This document shows positions 36,701 to 48,084 of a stretch of DNA of 64,000 nucleotides, piece by piece (within the stretch, counting starts at the first letter, position 1; the number at the start of each line of letters is the position of its first letter). The translations under genes and the position numbers were made by a program. Under the pieces are notes generated by a model. The model saw nothing but the letters and a program-made list of their open reading frames with translations. It was not told the origin of the DNA and did no database searches. The stretch is taken from assembly GCA_036172245.1 (NCBI GenBank), contig JAYWIR010000013.1, positions 2,976,001-3,040,000 of the forward strand, read 5' to 3'. Origin of the DNA: Raillietiella orientalis (Eukaryota).

Positions 36701-39700
36701 ACGGTTGTTCTGTCGGTATCGCTTCCCCTTGAAGACCAATCCCAACATCCCCTGCTGCCCGTTTTGGGAAGCACTCATCGCCTGATGCGCGTTCGGAATC
36801 TTCCGACCGCGAATTCTTTCCCACCAAAATACAACTTATTTTTCAAGTCATCTCTTGGGAATGAGACTGCTTTACTGCGGAGGTGTGTTGAAAAGTTCCC
36901 TTTTTCCATCCCATTCGCTCACCCAGTTACCAGGAAGATGATGGTTACACGGATTCATAAGCAGTTCCTTCCGTTGAACCGTTTTCCTTTTTTATCCGCC
37001 TCTTTTTTTTGTGTGTGTCTGTGTGTGTGTTTTTCTTCCTGTTGAAGAAGATCTGGGGAAGCATGAATTTGCAGAAATGCAAGCCATCTTTGCATGAACG
37101 TATTCGCGCCTGTGGAAGTGACCATTATACACTGCATTCCCAAATGAGCGCGTAATGTATTACGTGGAGTCGCACTCACTCATCAAAAACGGTTGGAGGA
37201 CAGTGTGCTTGAAATCCATTCTCACATGTCCGGGTCTCAATACAGAGGGTCCATCATCTTCAGACTGGCTGCGTCGAAAAAGCCAAGCAAACCATTTGTA
37301 AGGTTGCCTTTAAGAATAGCCGTCGTCTGATTCTCCTGCGGGGTAACCTGAGCTTCGCCTCCCTCCCTGCGTGGTCACGCTTTCAAAAAACACTCGCGTC
37401 CTCACCGCGGCAACGAATCGCGGAAAATCTTGAACACGTCTCACCAGATCGTTGCGATGGTAAGCCCTCCTGAGAGGTAGCGAAAAAATCGAGTCGAAAG
37501 AAATGCTGTTGTCCTCTGTGTGACAGTCACCCCCCTATGAAAGAGCATCCTGTTTCAACGGAGACAGCACCCTCCGTCAGCACCAGTTTTCCTTTATATA
37601 TATATATATATACATTTTTCTTTTGCAGGCGGAAAGTAATGCAGGCATAGCTTTGTTTTGATAGTAAACTCGAATCTATTGTTCGCCATTGTCTGGTTGT
37701 CGGACAAACTCACTTGCAATGCGCAAATGATCCAGGCGCCCACTCAGCTGTGTGATTTGATGTGTTCTTGAGGCACCTTCAGTTCATGTGAGTTTGTTTC
37801 CCGTCGGTGGTCCGTTTCGGAATCCCGGACAATCTGAGTGTCCTCAACTCCGGAACGTGCGTTGAGCGCGGCGGCCATCCCAGGAACGTATTCCCGAAAG
37901 GAGGACCCCGGGAGACTTTGTCTTGTGACCACTCTACGCTTTCAGGATCGGATGCTTCCTCCGGCAAGCTTCCAGGGTTGGAGCGAAACCAAAATCGATA
38001 GTCAGTAACGTGTTGTCGCGACTTGTCTTCCCTGCTGCATTCACTAGTCGGGCAAGGTTGTTGTTGTTGTTGTTCGCCGACGCTGTTTGTTTTGTTCTGC
38101 ACCTCCTCGTTTCGTTGTTGTGTCAGCATTCATAAGGATTGCGCAAGACGGTTGCCTGCCTTTTGTTTTGTTTTGTTTTGTTTTTTCTGCGATAGATTGG
38201 TACGCCACCGGCATACGCGTTCGAGAAATATTCTGCCGTCAAAGTAGTTCCTTTTTTTTTTGTGCAGTAGCGGAGGGTTTCTCCTTTCTTATTCCTTTTG
38301 TGATTCGGTTCAGAGAGTATTTTGAATAGGAGCGACAACGGCTTTGTTTTCAGGTACGGGATGATGATGGGCAGCGGATCTCAGAAAGACAAGAAGAGGA
38401 AGAGCAAAAAGAGCAGGAATGACTGGACATGGAAAGAACAGGTAGCTGGCCTCCATGGTGAACACCAAATTTCCTTCCGGCTTGTTTAGATCGACCTTGT
38501 GAAGTTCAGCAAGAAACCCATTTCGGCGTCGCTGCTAAAGCTGGAAACCTCCGAATTGAATAAGTTAGCATTGGAATGCTTTGTTGCGATCATGCAGTAC
38601 ATGGGCGACTATGCACTGTACAAGAACACCACAGACATTGACTGCGTGTACAAATTACTGATGCATTGCCACCGCCATGTTGTCCTTCGAGACGAAGTCT
38701 ATTGCCAGATTATGAAGCAAACCACCAACAACAAATCAGCCAAAGCCGATTCGTGTCAGAGAGGATGGAGACTCTTTTCCATTCTCGCGGCCTATTTTAC
38801 ATGTTCGGACGTCCTCAAGCTGTACCTAGTCAAATACCTGGAAACGGCTGCCTATGACAAGAGACGGGCTTACCACGGTGATTTTTCTTGCAGAGCGCGG
38901 CGTGGCATGAACACTGTCTCCTAGGCACAGCCCTCGTATGCTTGCAGAACTTGAGGAAAACCTTCAAATATGGCGGCAGGAAGAATGTTCCCAACATCGA
39001 CGAAATCGCCGCCATCACCGCCGGCAGAAACTCGAAGAGACAGATCTATCGGTTACCTGGTGGCATGGAGATGATAGTCAACACGAAGTCCACGTCTGTT
39101 GTCCAGGTTTGGGAGAGGGTCCTACGTTTTCCGCAAGTTGTGCCACTTTGGCAACAGGACATCATCGAAGAACTATGTTCCTTGTTGGAAGTTCGAACGG
39201 CGAAAGAAATAGAAGAATTTTCCCTTTATTGCATCGTTGAAGGGGACACGTTCACAATGCCTTTGTTCAGGGATGAATACATTTTGGATGTCACGACGGA
39301 GCTTCAGAAAAATGATCAGGTAAACAACAACAAAAAAAAAAAAAAAAACCTGCGATGTCATTGGGATTCCTGGATTGCAGGTGTTTTACATAATATTTTG
39401 TCGGTCCATATGGCTGCATCCTCCACGGCTAAAAAACACTCTCTACGTGGAAGTAATTTTCAACCAGGTGGCCCCCGATTACCTGGAGGGTCTGCTCCTC
39501 ATTATGCCCGGAGGGACCTTGATCCAGGACACCATTGTAAAGCAGAATGCTCGATCGGCTTGGTGCTTTTTTACGCCTCTTTTTTTTTTTCCAGTACGAG
39601 ATAGCCAGGATTGCCGTCCTTTTACATCGATCAGCTGACATGGATCAGATTCCTACCCACAAAGAAATACAGTTCCTTCTCCCGAAACCAGTTTTGGAGA

Positions 39701-40249
39701 TACGGGACGTGAAACCGCCGCAGTGGGTCAACATGGTGCAGAGTAACTGGAGAGACGTGAAAGATTTGACACCCATCGACTCCAAAACCAGTATTCTAGG
39801 TAGACTCTTTTTCCGAACGAAAGAGTGTCGGAGAAAAATGCGTGTTTGCGTTTTTTTTTTTTTTTTTTTTTTTCTTTTCCCTTTTTCGTTGTTTAGAGAT
39901 CCTCCAACACTGGAAACTGTTCGGATCCAGTTTTTTCGCCGTGCGTCTCATGGATGCCCTTCACCCTCACGAGAAAAACGAACACATTTTGGCGTTAAAC
40001 AAAAACGGAGTGCAATTCCTAGATCTCATCACCCATGAGATACTGATCCATTACTCCTACTCCGAAATCATTTCCACGCGGAAAGTGAAAGGTGAAGACG
40101 GGACCTTATACTTGGATTTGAAGACGGGAAACCTGATGCAGCAGAAGGTCACGAGCATTCAAACGGAGCAGGCCCACGAGATCTCTCGGCTCATCCGACA
40201 GTACATCACCACAGAGCAACGTTTGAACCAAGCGGAGTATCAGTCTTAG
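8060..40249 (+). CDS. Myo15: Unconventional myosin XV (Myo15 / Drosophila Myo10A-Sisyphus type), multi-exon, 5' end not in view
   Basis: Spliced exons give motor motifs [56 protein letters not shown] and FVRCIKPN. They also give three IQ motifs, two MyTH4 domains ([22 protein letters not shown]), two FERM regions, and tail motifs I recognise from arthropod Myo15 ([31 protein letters not shown]). Splice phases are consistent. Stop TAG at 40247-40249. Confidence 0.93.
13049..20557 (+). CDS. Myo15: Myosin XV tail exons: first MyTH4, split FERM and a long Pro/Gln/Ser-rich insert
   Basis: Exons include 13049-13211, 13287-13420, 13540-13713, 13828-13988 ([20 protein letters not shown]), 17423-17680 ([24 protein letters not shown]), 18438-18809 ([15 protein letters not shown]), ~19730-19989 (WPLYFARFF) and 20410-20557. 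Boundaries inside the low-complexity part are less certain. Confidence 0.85.
21146..21278 (+). CDS. Probable myosin XV tail exon (His/Ser-rich)
   Basis: Polypyrimidine tract plus TTCCAG acceptor, open in phase 0 ([32 protein letters not shown]...), and a strong C|GTAAGT donor. Confidence 0.55.
22450..24000 (-). mobile_element. Possible very decayed LINE (AP-endonuclease and start of RT)
   Basis: The minus strand gives [10 protein letters not shown] (cf. NVYAP), QVDLN (cf. GDFN) and SPG-like remnants in the expected order. Many stops. Confidence 0.3.
26050..26600 (+). mobile_element. Possible decayed LINE C-terminal fragment
   Basis: [27 protein letters not shown] followed by RRLP..PPCSR..H..C loosely follows the L1-clade post-RT pattern. 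Confidence 0.28.
27263..27883 (+). CDS. Candidate alternative (possibly first) coding exon inside a myosin XV intron; acidic, Ser/Gly-rich peptide
   Basis: Lies within the long ORF 26840-28207. The ATG at 27263 is in good context (AAGATGG), the reading is protein-like ([19 protein letters not shown]...EIFFDSLE), and it ends at a phase-0 GAT|GTAAGT donor that matches the phase-0 acceptor at 33422. Confidence 0.55.
31410..31445 (+). pseudogene. U2: 5' fragment of U2 snRNA (~nt 2-37), 3'-truncated
   Basis: TCGCTTCTCTGCCTTTTGGCTAAGATCAAAGTGTTG versus the invertebrate U2 5' end TCGCTTCTCGGCCTTTTGGCTAAGATCAAAGTGTAG: 34 of 36 identical. The U2 continuation TATCTGTTC is absent. Confidence 0.88.
32012..32056. 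repeat. (TATG)/(TA)n simple repeat
   Basis: gtgtatgtatgtatgtatatatatgtatatgtacatacatataca. Confidence 0.85.
33422..33654 (+). CDS. Myo15: Myosin XV tail exon preceding the second MyTH4
   Basis: Long poly-T tract then TCTAG acceptor. Reads [25 protein letters not shown]...[20 protein letters not shown], with a phase-2 donor matching the exon at 38354. Confidence 0.85.
38354..40249 (+). CDS. Myo15: Myosin XV C-terminal MyTH4-FERM exons
   Basis: Exons 38354-38441, 38490-38877, 38925-39106, 39158-39319, 39381-39536, 39595-39799 and 39897-40249, separated by 47-97 nt introns. Motifs: [36 protein letters not shown]. Confidence 0.93.
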
Positions 40250-40340
40250 CACTGACGACTCCGCTCATTTCAAATAAATACACAGTATTTTCAAGCTTTC
40301 CAGCTTCCAGGCATACATTTCGAATCTCGCTTTTTTTTTT

Positions 40341-40362
40341 GTGTGTGTGTGTGTGTGTGTGT
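40341..40362. repeat. (GT)n microsatellite in the myosin 3' UTR
   Basis: About 11 GT units flanked by T runs. Confidence 0.9.
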
Positions 40363-40453
40363 TTTTTTTTTGTTCTCCCCCCCCCCCCTTTCCTTTCCTT
40401 TCCTTTCGAATTTCGTGAAAATATTCGAGTTTCGTGGAACTGTGTTTACATCG

Positions 40454-40459
40454 AATAAA
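40454..40459 (+). promoter_or_regulatory. Candidate polyadenylation signal of myosin XV (a second AATAAA lies at ~40273)
   Basis: AATAAA about 200 nt downstream of the stop, followed by T/GT-rich sequence. Confidence 0.45.
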
Positions 40460-41449
40460 CGATCAGTTTGGAAAACTCTTTGATCTGTCGGTCGATCAGG
40501 TTCGGCTACTTTGGAATGGCCACGTTCTTTTTTCTTCTTCTTTTTTGTTCACCCTACCCAGTAAATGGTGATAAGATGTGAAACATGCGTTAGGAGTGAA
40601 TGAATCTCTCGAGCGTTGAACCACTTGTTGAGCAGACATTTTTTTTTTTTTGCATGAATCAAAGAACGAAAGAAGGCATTTAAAACGTTCGGAGCTGAAA
40701 ACGGACATCCGAAATGGATTGAATGGACCGCATGCAAGTTTGCCCAGGAGCAACTGAGGAACTCAGTTGTTCCCTGAGAATCGTGGGCAGCCGAACTCCT
40801 GCAGTCCCTGGGAGGTGTGCCCACAAGTCGCATCCCCTGAAAATGGGAACAACAGACTTGGAGCTGATCGGCAACCGTGCGTTCACTCTCCAGCGGTTTT
40901 CCGTGGCTTTTACACCCGGGAACCGATTCTTCAGCTTAGTCTTTCAGCAGCCACCGAGCGCCGGCAGTTCTCGCATTCGTGCGCAGCGACTCGTCGAGCA
41001 ATGGGCATCACTGCGTCCTTCCAGCTTTGACGGTCGCGACCGCGTGTTTCGCTTTTGAACACTCCCCTGGAGAATACTGAAGGGAGCGGCTGCTTGTCGG
41101 AGAACTCTGCCCAAGCACGCCCGAGTGCATACACTCTTAGCCGAACTTCTTCGGAACGGCTGGAGAGGAGGCTGTGGAGAGAAAACGAAAGATTCGAGCG
41201 TTGCAGGCAATGCACGATGACGGGAGGTGAGCACACGTGCATCGAGCATCACTGCATTGCGAGAAAGACAAGTGATGAAAGCCGGCAAGCTGAAAAGCTG
41301 CACGCTGGTGGTATTTTCTGAGATAGTATACACGAAGTGTAATGGGGAAAGGAACGCGCGTGAGTCGCGAGGATGTTTGTCAGGGAGGCGACCCCCCACA
41401 GCGGCGGCGTGCTAGTCGCAACTTCAACGTATCCACTGAATGAGCGAAA

Positions 41450-44400
41450 GAACAAAGAAGGAAAGGACGGACAAAGCTCTGATGGTTGCAGCAATGTCCG
41501 TCGAATCCATGGGAAGCATAAGGGGGGTCGACTATAGGGAGCGATCTCCGACATCCTCGTCTCCAGGCTGCCTGTTTGAAATCCACCGTCTCATTTCGAA
41601 ATGCTTAGAGGAGAATGGTCATGTGCAAAGTGTCAGGCACATGGTACTTGGAGTACGCCGTACCAAAACACACATCACAGATAGGAGAAAAAACTCCAAC
41701 CATGTGTGTGTGCGACCCCAGCTGCGTGAACTCCTCCATCCAGCATTAGGATTCGAATCCAGCAGGCCAGAGTACAAAGTGGTGTTCTTCCCGGAAGTCA
41801 TTGGCAAACCGTACATGATGGCGAGTGAAAGAGACTTGGCATGATCGTGTTTGTCAGACGGAAGAGGTTGGAACATTCTCGCAAGAATCAGTCGATTTAC
41901 ATTTGGAAGGAACGGAACGATGTGTGCATCCGACATGGGCGCAAGAAGAAATCTTCAGGGTAAGTGTGACTCGGTCGATAGGGAAAAGAGGACTCAGGAA
42001 AGGCCGACGCTACTATTCTGGGGAACGGGTTGTTTTCACCTGACTCTCTGAACACACCGAACCCTCTTCTGTGTGCATCTCTTCTCGACGTCAGCATGGA
42101 GTCAAGAGAACCGGAGCATGGCAATGGAGTGGACAAAGGCCAAGGTACTCTAAGCATCCACCCGAACGACTTGGAACGCGTTCCCCAAGGAGTCCCAACG
42201 TGGGGTCAGTCAACAATATGGTCGGTGGAAAAAGATGAAGAGGATCCAGAGGTGGGAGATGGAAGAAGGAGACCCACATCTGCAACGTATTACGAAACCA
42301 GATGCAGCAAAGAAGGAAAATGGAAGGCACTGAAGCGGAAGTCTGCGATAAAGCATCTTCGCATCAAGTTGTAAATAAAAAAGCAAGAATCTCAGGAGCC
42401 GAAAGGCCCTTAAGACCTATGCTGCGACAGCTTCGAAAGCGAACTGTCTGGATTCACGAAAATTCTCGAGATCCTTGAAACAAAGCCTTCCAGGTAGATG
42501 CCCGAAAGGATGGAGCTGACAAACAAAAGTGAAATACAGAAACTATTGGATCGATCGCCGGAGAGCGATGAGGACAGGCCTTTGGCGATGGTGCTGAAAG
42601 TTTCCCATGGGAAAGATGGATAAATGCTTCATGATAGCATCGGAAACGCAATCAGCCACGTGTACTCCATTGACTGGATCCATCAAGGTCGGGAGGAATG
42701 GCATGACATCCCCTATCTCTCACACATTTTTTTTCTCAGATGAGATTACGTTCACGTCACATGCAGCAACCAAATTCCTCTACAGATTGGGATAACATTT
42801 TGCTACAAGAGATGAAATTCAGTAGGCGTGCATGTTTGTCTAAGATGGCGTAGCATTCCAACACGTTAGAAACACTCGAAAACCATACTACTTACGAAAT
42901 CTCCATCTTCATCTGCGGAGATGGCATAATGGAGACCAGTGTCGATAGGCGATTGCATTTAACACCTCTGTGCAAAGTCTTGCTGAAAGAAGATGGATTT
43001 TCGAAAACTCGGTTCCGCTATCAGCAAAAAAAAAAAAAAAAAAGGCTGAATGACTCAGGACGATGTCCTGGAGCTGAACTTTATCCTGCAAGCAGACCCG
43101 ATGACGCATCGTAGACTGTCATAGGATCTTATGCACCGCGTTTATAGACTTAGTCCACGCATTTGGAACTGAACTGATGCGCAGTACCCTTGTGGGTAGA
43201 AGTCTAGGAGGCTTCTTCGAAGAAATGTTGCATGACCTATACACCGATGTGTACATATTCAAACAACAGAATCACAAGCCTCTAGGGGCATCCGGATCCT
43301 AGATTCCTACTGTTTGACCCTGCAATCGAGCCTAGCTTTCTGAGAGAGTCTCGCACAGATGACTTGCTATTGACGTATCTCGACGATCTGCTGTTGCCAG
43401 CCGGATCCAGGGATGGGTTTCAGGAACATCGGCTCATGTCAGATATCTGGCGCTACCAGCCCGAGAAAGTGTTCATCGCTGTGCTTCTAGGAAGGAAGAT
43501 CAAGAAAGGATAGGACAATCCTTAGGGTTGCCCACAACTACCCTCTGATAGTGGTGCCCAAAGAAACCTACAGGTATTCAGGAAAGCCCTTTGAATTTGG
43601 AATGGCAGCATCATCGAAACCTGCGTGACAAGTTCCCACAGCAAAGGCAGTCGCCATCATGGACGCTGAGTCGGCTCCACGGAAAGAACTCCTTGCCTCG
43701 AGAACCTTTTTCCTCCCCAGACTAAGGCACTGCTAGTGGCTGAGGAAGTTCCAGGACGCCGACCGGACTTCACAATAATACACGAAACTTTTCAAGAAAA
43801 CACTGAAACCTGTCTGGTCGGGCAGCAAACGAACGCCTGTGGGCCGACCAGGCATCGGGGAATCGGCCTGCCGAATCTGCCCGATGAGGCAGCTTTGCTA
43901 TGAAACCGCTAACCTTGCCAAATACAGCCGTGTACGAACTATCCTACAAGACTGTGGTCAGCGGTCAAGAAAACACTTCAGACAACACGAACAGATGAAG
44001 ATCTGGTAGGTAATGTTTCGCTCAATCGAAGGGAAATGGAACCAGCCCAGACATTGGGACATTGAAGGATTCAAACGGTGGGAATGCGAGCGTCAGGACA
44101 AGGCCGAGGAAGATGGATCTTCCAGCGCCGAAAGTTCACATCAATTTCCACACGAGGAAGAAATCATCCCTGGCCTGTTCATGATACGGAACGAGGAAGC
44201 ATAAAAATATTCGACTTGAAAACAAGCAGTCAGGGGAAGACAGAGAGACAGTCGGAGCTCCTTTGGGATGGCATCGCGTCTGAAAGTGTTTCCCATGCAA
44301 AGCATTCGTTCGCTGAATAAAAAATTTCACTTGTGGCCCGACTGAACTTCCCGCCTGTACGAGCATCTCCTCCAGGAATGGATCCTGGTCAGACCTTTAT

Positions 44401-44800
44401 ATGCAGAACATGGGAGAAATTCCTAACCTACTGCACCTTCAGCCACCAGACTGTGACCATCGGATTACACCGACCAAACCGTGCGCGACCTCCCGATGGA
44501 TTCTGTCGGAAGACAAGTCGGACCAAGCAGCGTGGTCTCCCCTATGCCCGCCTTCGGACATTCTTTCACGCAACAAAAATTTTGAATTCAGTTTAAGAAG
44601 AGACTTCAAGGGAGAGATTTGCTCACTTTATCCAGAGCTCGAAAATGCCACACAAGTTTTTATACGTCGACCAAGAGGAAGCATATGAACCTTGTTCAGG
44701 GAACTGGTCTGCTGAACTGAATGCTTGCACATGTGATGCTTCACGAGTTTCAGTCTTCCATTGCAGATCAGCAGGAAAAAGTACGGAAGCTGCATCTAGG
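41450..44800 (+). mobile_element. Heavily decayed RLE-type non-LTR retrotransposon (Utopia/NeSL/R2-like)
   Basis: Degenerate motifs occur in the correct order: WRPVSI (42930), FIDLVHAFG (43141), RGIR (43284), LLFDPAIEP (~43307), YLDDL (43376), ETYRYSG (~43563), RTFFLPRL (~43700), FAE*KISLVARLNF (44309; cf. FADWRFIHRARLN) and CRTW (44402). The boundaries are approximate. Confidence 0.72.
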
Positions 44801-45689
44801 ACTACGCAATGACCGATGTCTGTCAATCGGCTCGTAGAAGATACCAAAGTGCCAGAGGGAGTTTCGCTTTTCGTCTTCCTCAAGAATCTCGAGATTGCAT
44901 TTCACAAGATGAGAAATTTTTAGATTTCTTAGAAATAATTTTTGCAAAAAACATCGTGAAGTGATTTCAGGATCCAAAGACCAAAGTACGATAACCTCTT
45001 TGTCCTTTGATTGAGGATCAAAAATGATTTGAAGCACTTTGTTCTTGGATTATTGCCTCCCTGGAGTAACTGACACATTTCCAACCCGGAATGCATCGAA
45101 CACTTGCATCTTCAAACTTGAGGAGCATTTTCATTACGACTTTCAATATGGATATCATGGAGTTTCGTGGTTGGCAGGGATGTGAGATGCTTGCTCCTTT
45201 GTGCAATGGATGGTCGCTGTAGAGCACAAAGCTCTAGGTGTCAAGTGCTTTCGAGTAGCTCAGAACTAGCTCTTACTATTTTTGAGAATACTATTGCCTA
45301 CGCTGTGCATCGGCCTTATCAACAGGGCTGATTCGGTTCAGAGAGTACAGAACAAAAAAAACATAGGATGAAGGTCGTAATCGCTATCTCCCAAAGTGAG
45401 AACATATGGCAAAAGTGAGCGGCTTTGGCTTTCTGAAGAAAAGCGATAAGGAAACGATGATTGACAAATTCTTTGGTTACAAAGCGACTCTAGTTGCTGT
45501 GATGGAATAGGAAGCACTTGCCAATAGAGTATTTCAAACAAGATGATCTGGTATGACTAGTCAGAAATCTTAGTAGTCTGTTAGAATGCTAAGAAATTAC
45601 ATATACAGTTGATTGGATCAAACCGACCATCACCTCAACTTCATGCGAACAGTAATGTTATTGCGGAAATTTTGTAAGACTTACCTTAG

Positions 45690-46836
45690 AAAGTGATGGG
45701 GGTATCAATGCCGACGGATGGTCGCCTTGGTGCAGGGCCACAACTGGATCGTCTGCTCACCCACGAACTGCAGTGCCTGGAAACGGAACAGTTCAAACGT
45801 CGGGTGAGCCTACAGTTTGCTGTACTGCAGACATTCTCGCTGCTCGTTGCAGGAAATAATCGACAGTCCAAGGAAGAGACCTCGTGGACTGAAAGAGCAT
45901 CCCTTGCCGCAGCGCTGCCGTTCCTACGGGAGGCCATCGATGACAAGCAGCCGGCAAGTTGGCGGGTGTCCCTCAGCGTCGCAGCAACTGTTGGGCTGTT
46001 GGACGGCGAGTCAGCTAGCTGAATGCTTCCATCCCCGCCGCCCCTTCGAAGGACTTTTCCCCTAAGCGGATCACCTTGGAATCCCTTTGGATGCAAGTGA
46101 AGATATACCCTTGATTTTCTTTGACGGCTCCGCACTTCGCCTCCAGGAGTGGCTGGATTCGGCGTTGCAACTGCTGCGTTAGGCCGTCTCATGCAACGCG
46201 CCCCTCCACCAGTGGACCAGGAGATATGGGGCCCCGGACTATGCCAGGAGCGATGGAAGGGGAACCCACCCGCACCTGCTTTTTGAGTGTTCTGCCCTCC
46301 GGTTTTTGTGGGAACATTTGACCACGTCCCTGAACTTCCTAGAACTAGAAGACCACCCGAGGGTCTTTTTCAGATGTCTCTTCACGCGTGGAGCTATGTC
46401 GCCTGCGGCGGCGATGGAATCGTGGGAGCCCAAAGCTCCCGTGACAGAGGCAGAAGGACCTCGGACGCCACCTCCCTCTTATTTTCCTTTCTGAGAATCG
46501 CGGAGAGATGGCCACACTTGAACCACAACCAGGAAGAGCTTGCTGGCATTCGTGAGAGGATGCAAAGGACTCCAAGGAGAACTCCGTGATCCTCTCCCTT
46601 TACCCCCAAACATTTCATATCTTTTCGTGTCACTTTTCTTCCTTTTTTGCTTATCTCCCTTCCCTTTTTTTTTCTCTCTGTGTGGTCCTTTGGCGGCGAC
46701 TGCTTCCCAGCAGTGATGTTCACCGCTGCTTCCCGAATTAGCGAGATTGGACTCCCGCGACGGAGAGAGGACTTTTTTTCTGGCTGTTGAAATACGTTGT
46801 CACAATAAACTCCCCGGCACGACCGGGTGAAAAACC
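45690..46836 (+). mobile_element. 3' fragment of the same L1/Tx1-like family
   Basis: SWTERASLAAALPFLREAIDDKQPASWRVS aligns with TWAETTPLASTLPFLRKALTSGRKPKWQVS (~60245-60335), and the C-terminus EELAGIRERM matches MDLEGILRRM. The same AATAAA-hairpin end is at 46804-46836. Confidence 0.82.
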
Positions 46837-47131
46837 ATACGAACCATTCGATGATTTAGGCAGGCGATTTGCTCTTTTCGGAAACGACCCCATTTATGAA
46901 TGTATCGGAAATGGCAACATATGTTTTCGTTTCTGTCGTAGTCTCATGGATCCCCGAGACAGATGCGTTCGTTTGAAAATACTAAGGTCCGTTTGAGAAT
47001 GAAGAAGCAGAGATGCTTTTCTTGTGCAGCAGTGGAAATTGCAATTTTGTTCCTTCCTTTTTGCGTCCCACCAGAAGAGCAAACCGGAAATCCAAGGTTA
47101 CTTTCCGAGAGGTATTCGATGAAATTTGTTC

Positions 47132-47160
47132 TGATGATGATGATGATGATGATGATGATG
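47132..47160. repeat. (TGA)n microsatellite
   Basis: About 9-10 uninterrupted TGA units. Confidence 0.95.
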
Positions 47161-47989
47161 TGGAACAGCGACAGCATTTCACCATCGAAAGCAATTAAGC
47201 GCCCTGCCAGAAAATCCGCCTGGAAATGGTAATGAAACACTGGTCATTAATTCTGCATTTCCTCAGTCGGATAAACGTCGAGCGACTGACTGTTCGCACC
47301 AAGCGTTTCGTCATCTCATTTGAAATCATTTGCATTCGTCATCATGCATTCACTGTTGAATAAATAGCGTGGGATTCTCGCAAGACAGTTTTCATGATGA
47401 AGAAATAGGGGGCTGGTCAGCAAAACGTTAAAGACTGAACGCAAACTGATACGATCCATTTTACCGATTTAATTTTATTTGCATCGTGGTGAAAATTGAT
47501 TGATTGCGCGTTTGTAAAGTTTCGTTTGAAAGTGTACAGTTGAAAATGGAAACCTTTTAGTGATGTGACGAAACCTACAAGGCCATTTTCATATAATAGT
47601 GCAACATTTCAAGCAGACTGTATTTGTAAATCCCCAAAAGGTACCAGCAGGAATGACCCATAGTTAGCACGTCCAAAAGTTTCTCTTGTGTGCATTAGAT
47701 CAAAGTGAACCGAAAATCACGCTGAAATTCGATGACCTTTTCAGGGACACTGACCAAGAAAGCACACTATTGGAATCACGTCTTAAAGATAACGAACTTT
47801 GGCTTGCCGAATACTCGGTGTAGAGGGGTGAATCTTCAGCAGAAATTCACGTGCCTACATGATGTAATAAAGCAGAAGAAGCTTCATCTTTGATTTGACC
47901 TCCACCAAAACTCCTACTAGTCCACTTCTAATAATTCACCACCGATTTTCCTGAAACTTCTACGAATCACTGCCAGTTGGTCTGCAAGA

Positions 47990-48069
47990 CTCGCGGCCAC
48001 TGCGGTGTCGGAAGTCAGCGTGGGTGAATGTCGGAAAGCAGGTTCGCCGGTACCCAAAGGGATGTAAGT
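47990..48069 (+). promoter_or_regulatory. Putative promoter / non-coding first exon of AP5Z1
   Basis: CpG-containing stretch with an ETS-like CGGAAGT (~48009-48015), ending in a consensus GTAAGT donor at 48064. The next strong acceptor (poly-T..TTTCAG) is at 50186, just before ATG 50194. A second donor, GTAAGC, lies at 50045. Confidence 0.4.
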
Positions 48070-48084
48070 GTTTGCACACGGTTC

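Noticed and set aside
37457..37465. ATG|GTAAGC as an alternative first exon for the myosin tail
   Set aside because: The phase-0 donor is incompatible with the phase-2 acceptor at 38354.
37800..37960. Decayed CR1-like RT motifs on the minus strand (LPGSSF, VEDTQI)
   Set aside because: Too degenerate to support without alignment.
40235..40249. C-terminal PDZ ligand as in vertebrate Myo15
   Set aside because: The protein ends AEYQS, which lacks the terminal hydrophobic residue.
44815..44846. Possible U2 3' flank after the Utopia-like relic (TGTCTGTCAATCGGCT...GATAC)
   Set aside because: Resemblance to TATCTGTTCTTATCAGCT is too weak to distinguish from chance.
47697..47707. AGATCAAAGTG matching U2
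   Set aside because: Only 11 nt match and the flanks do not.
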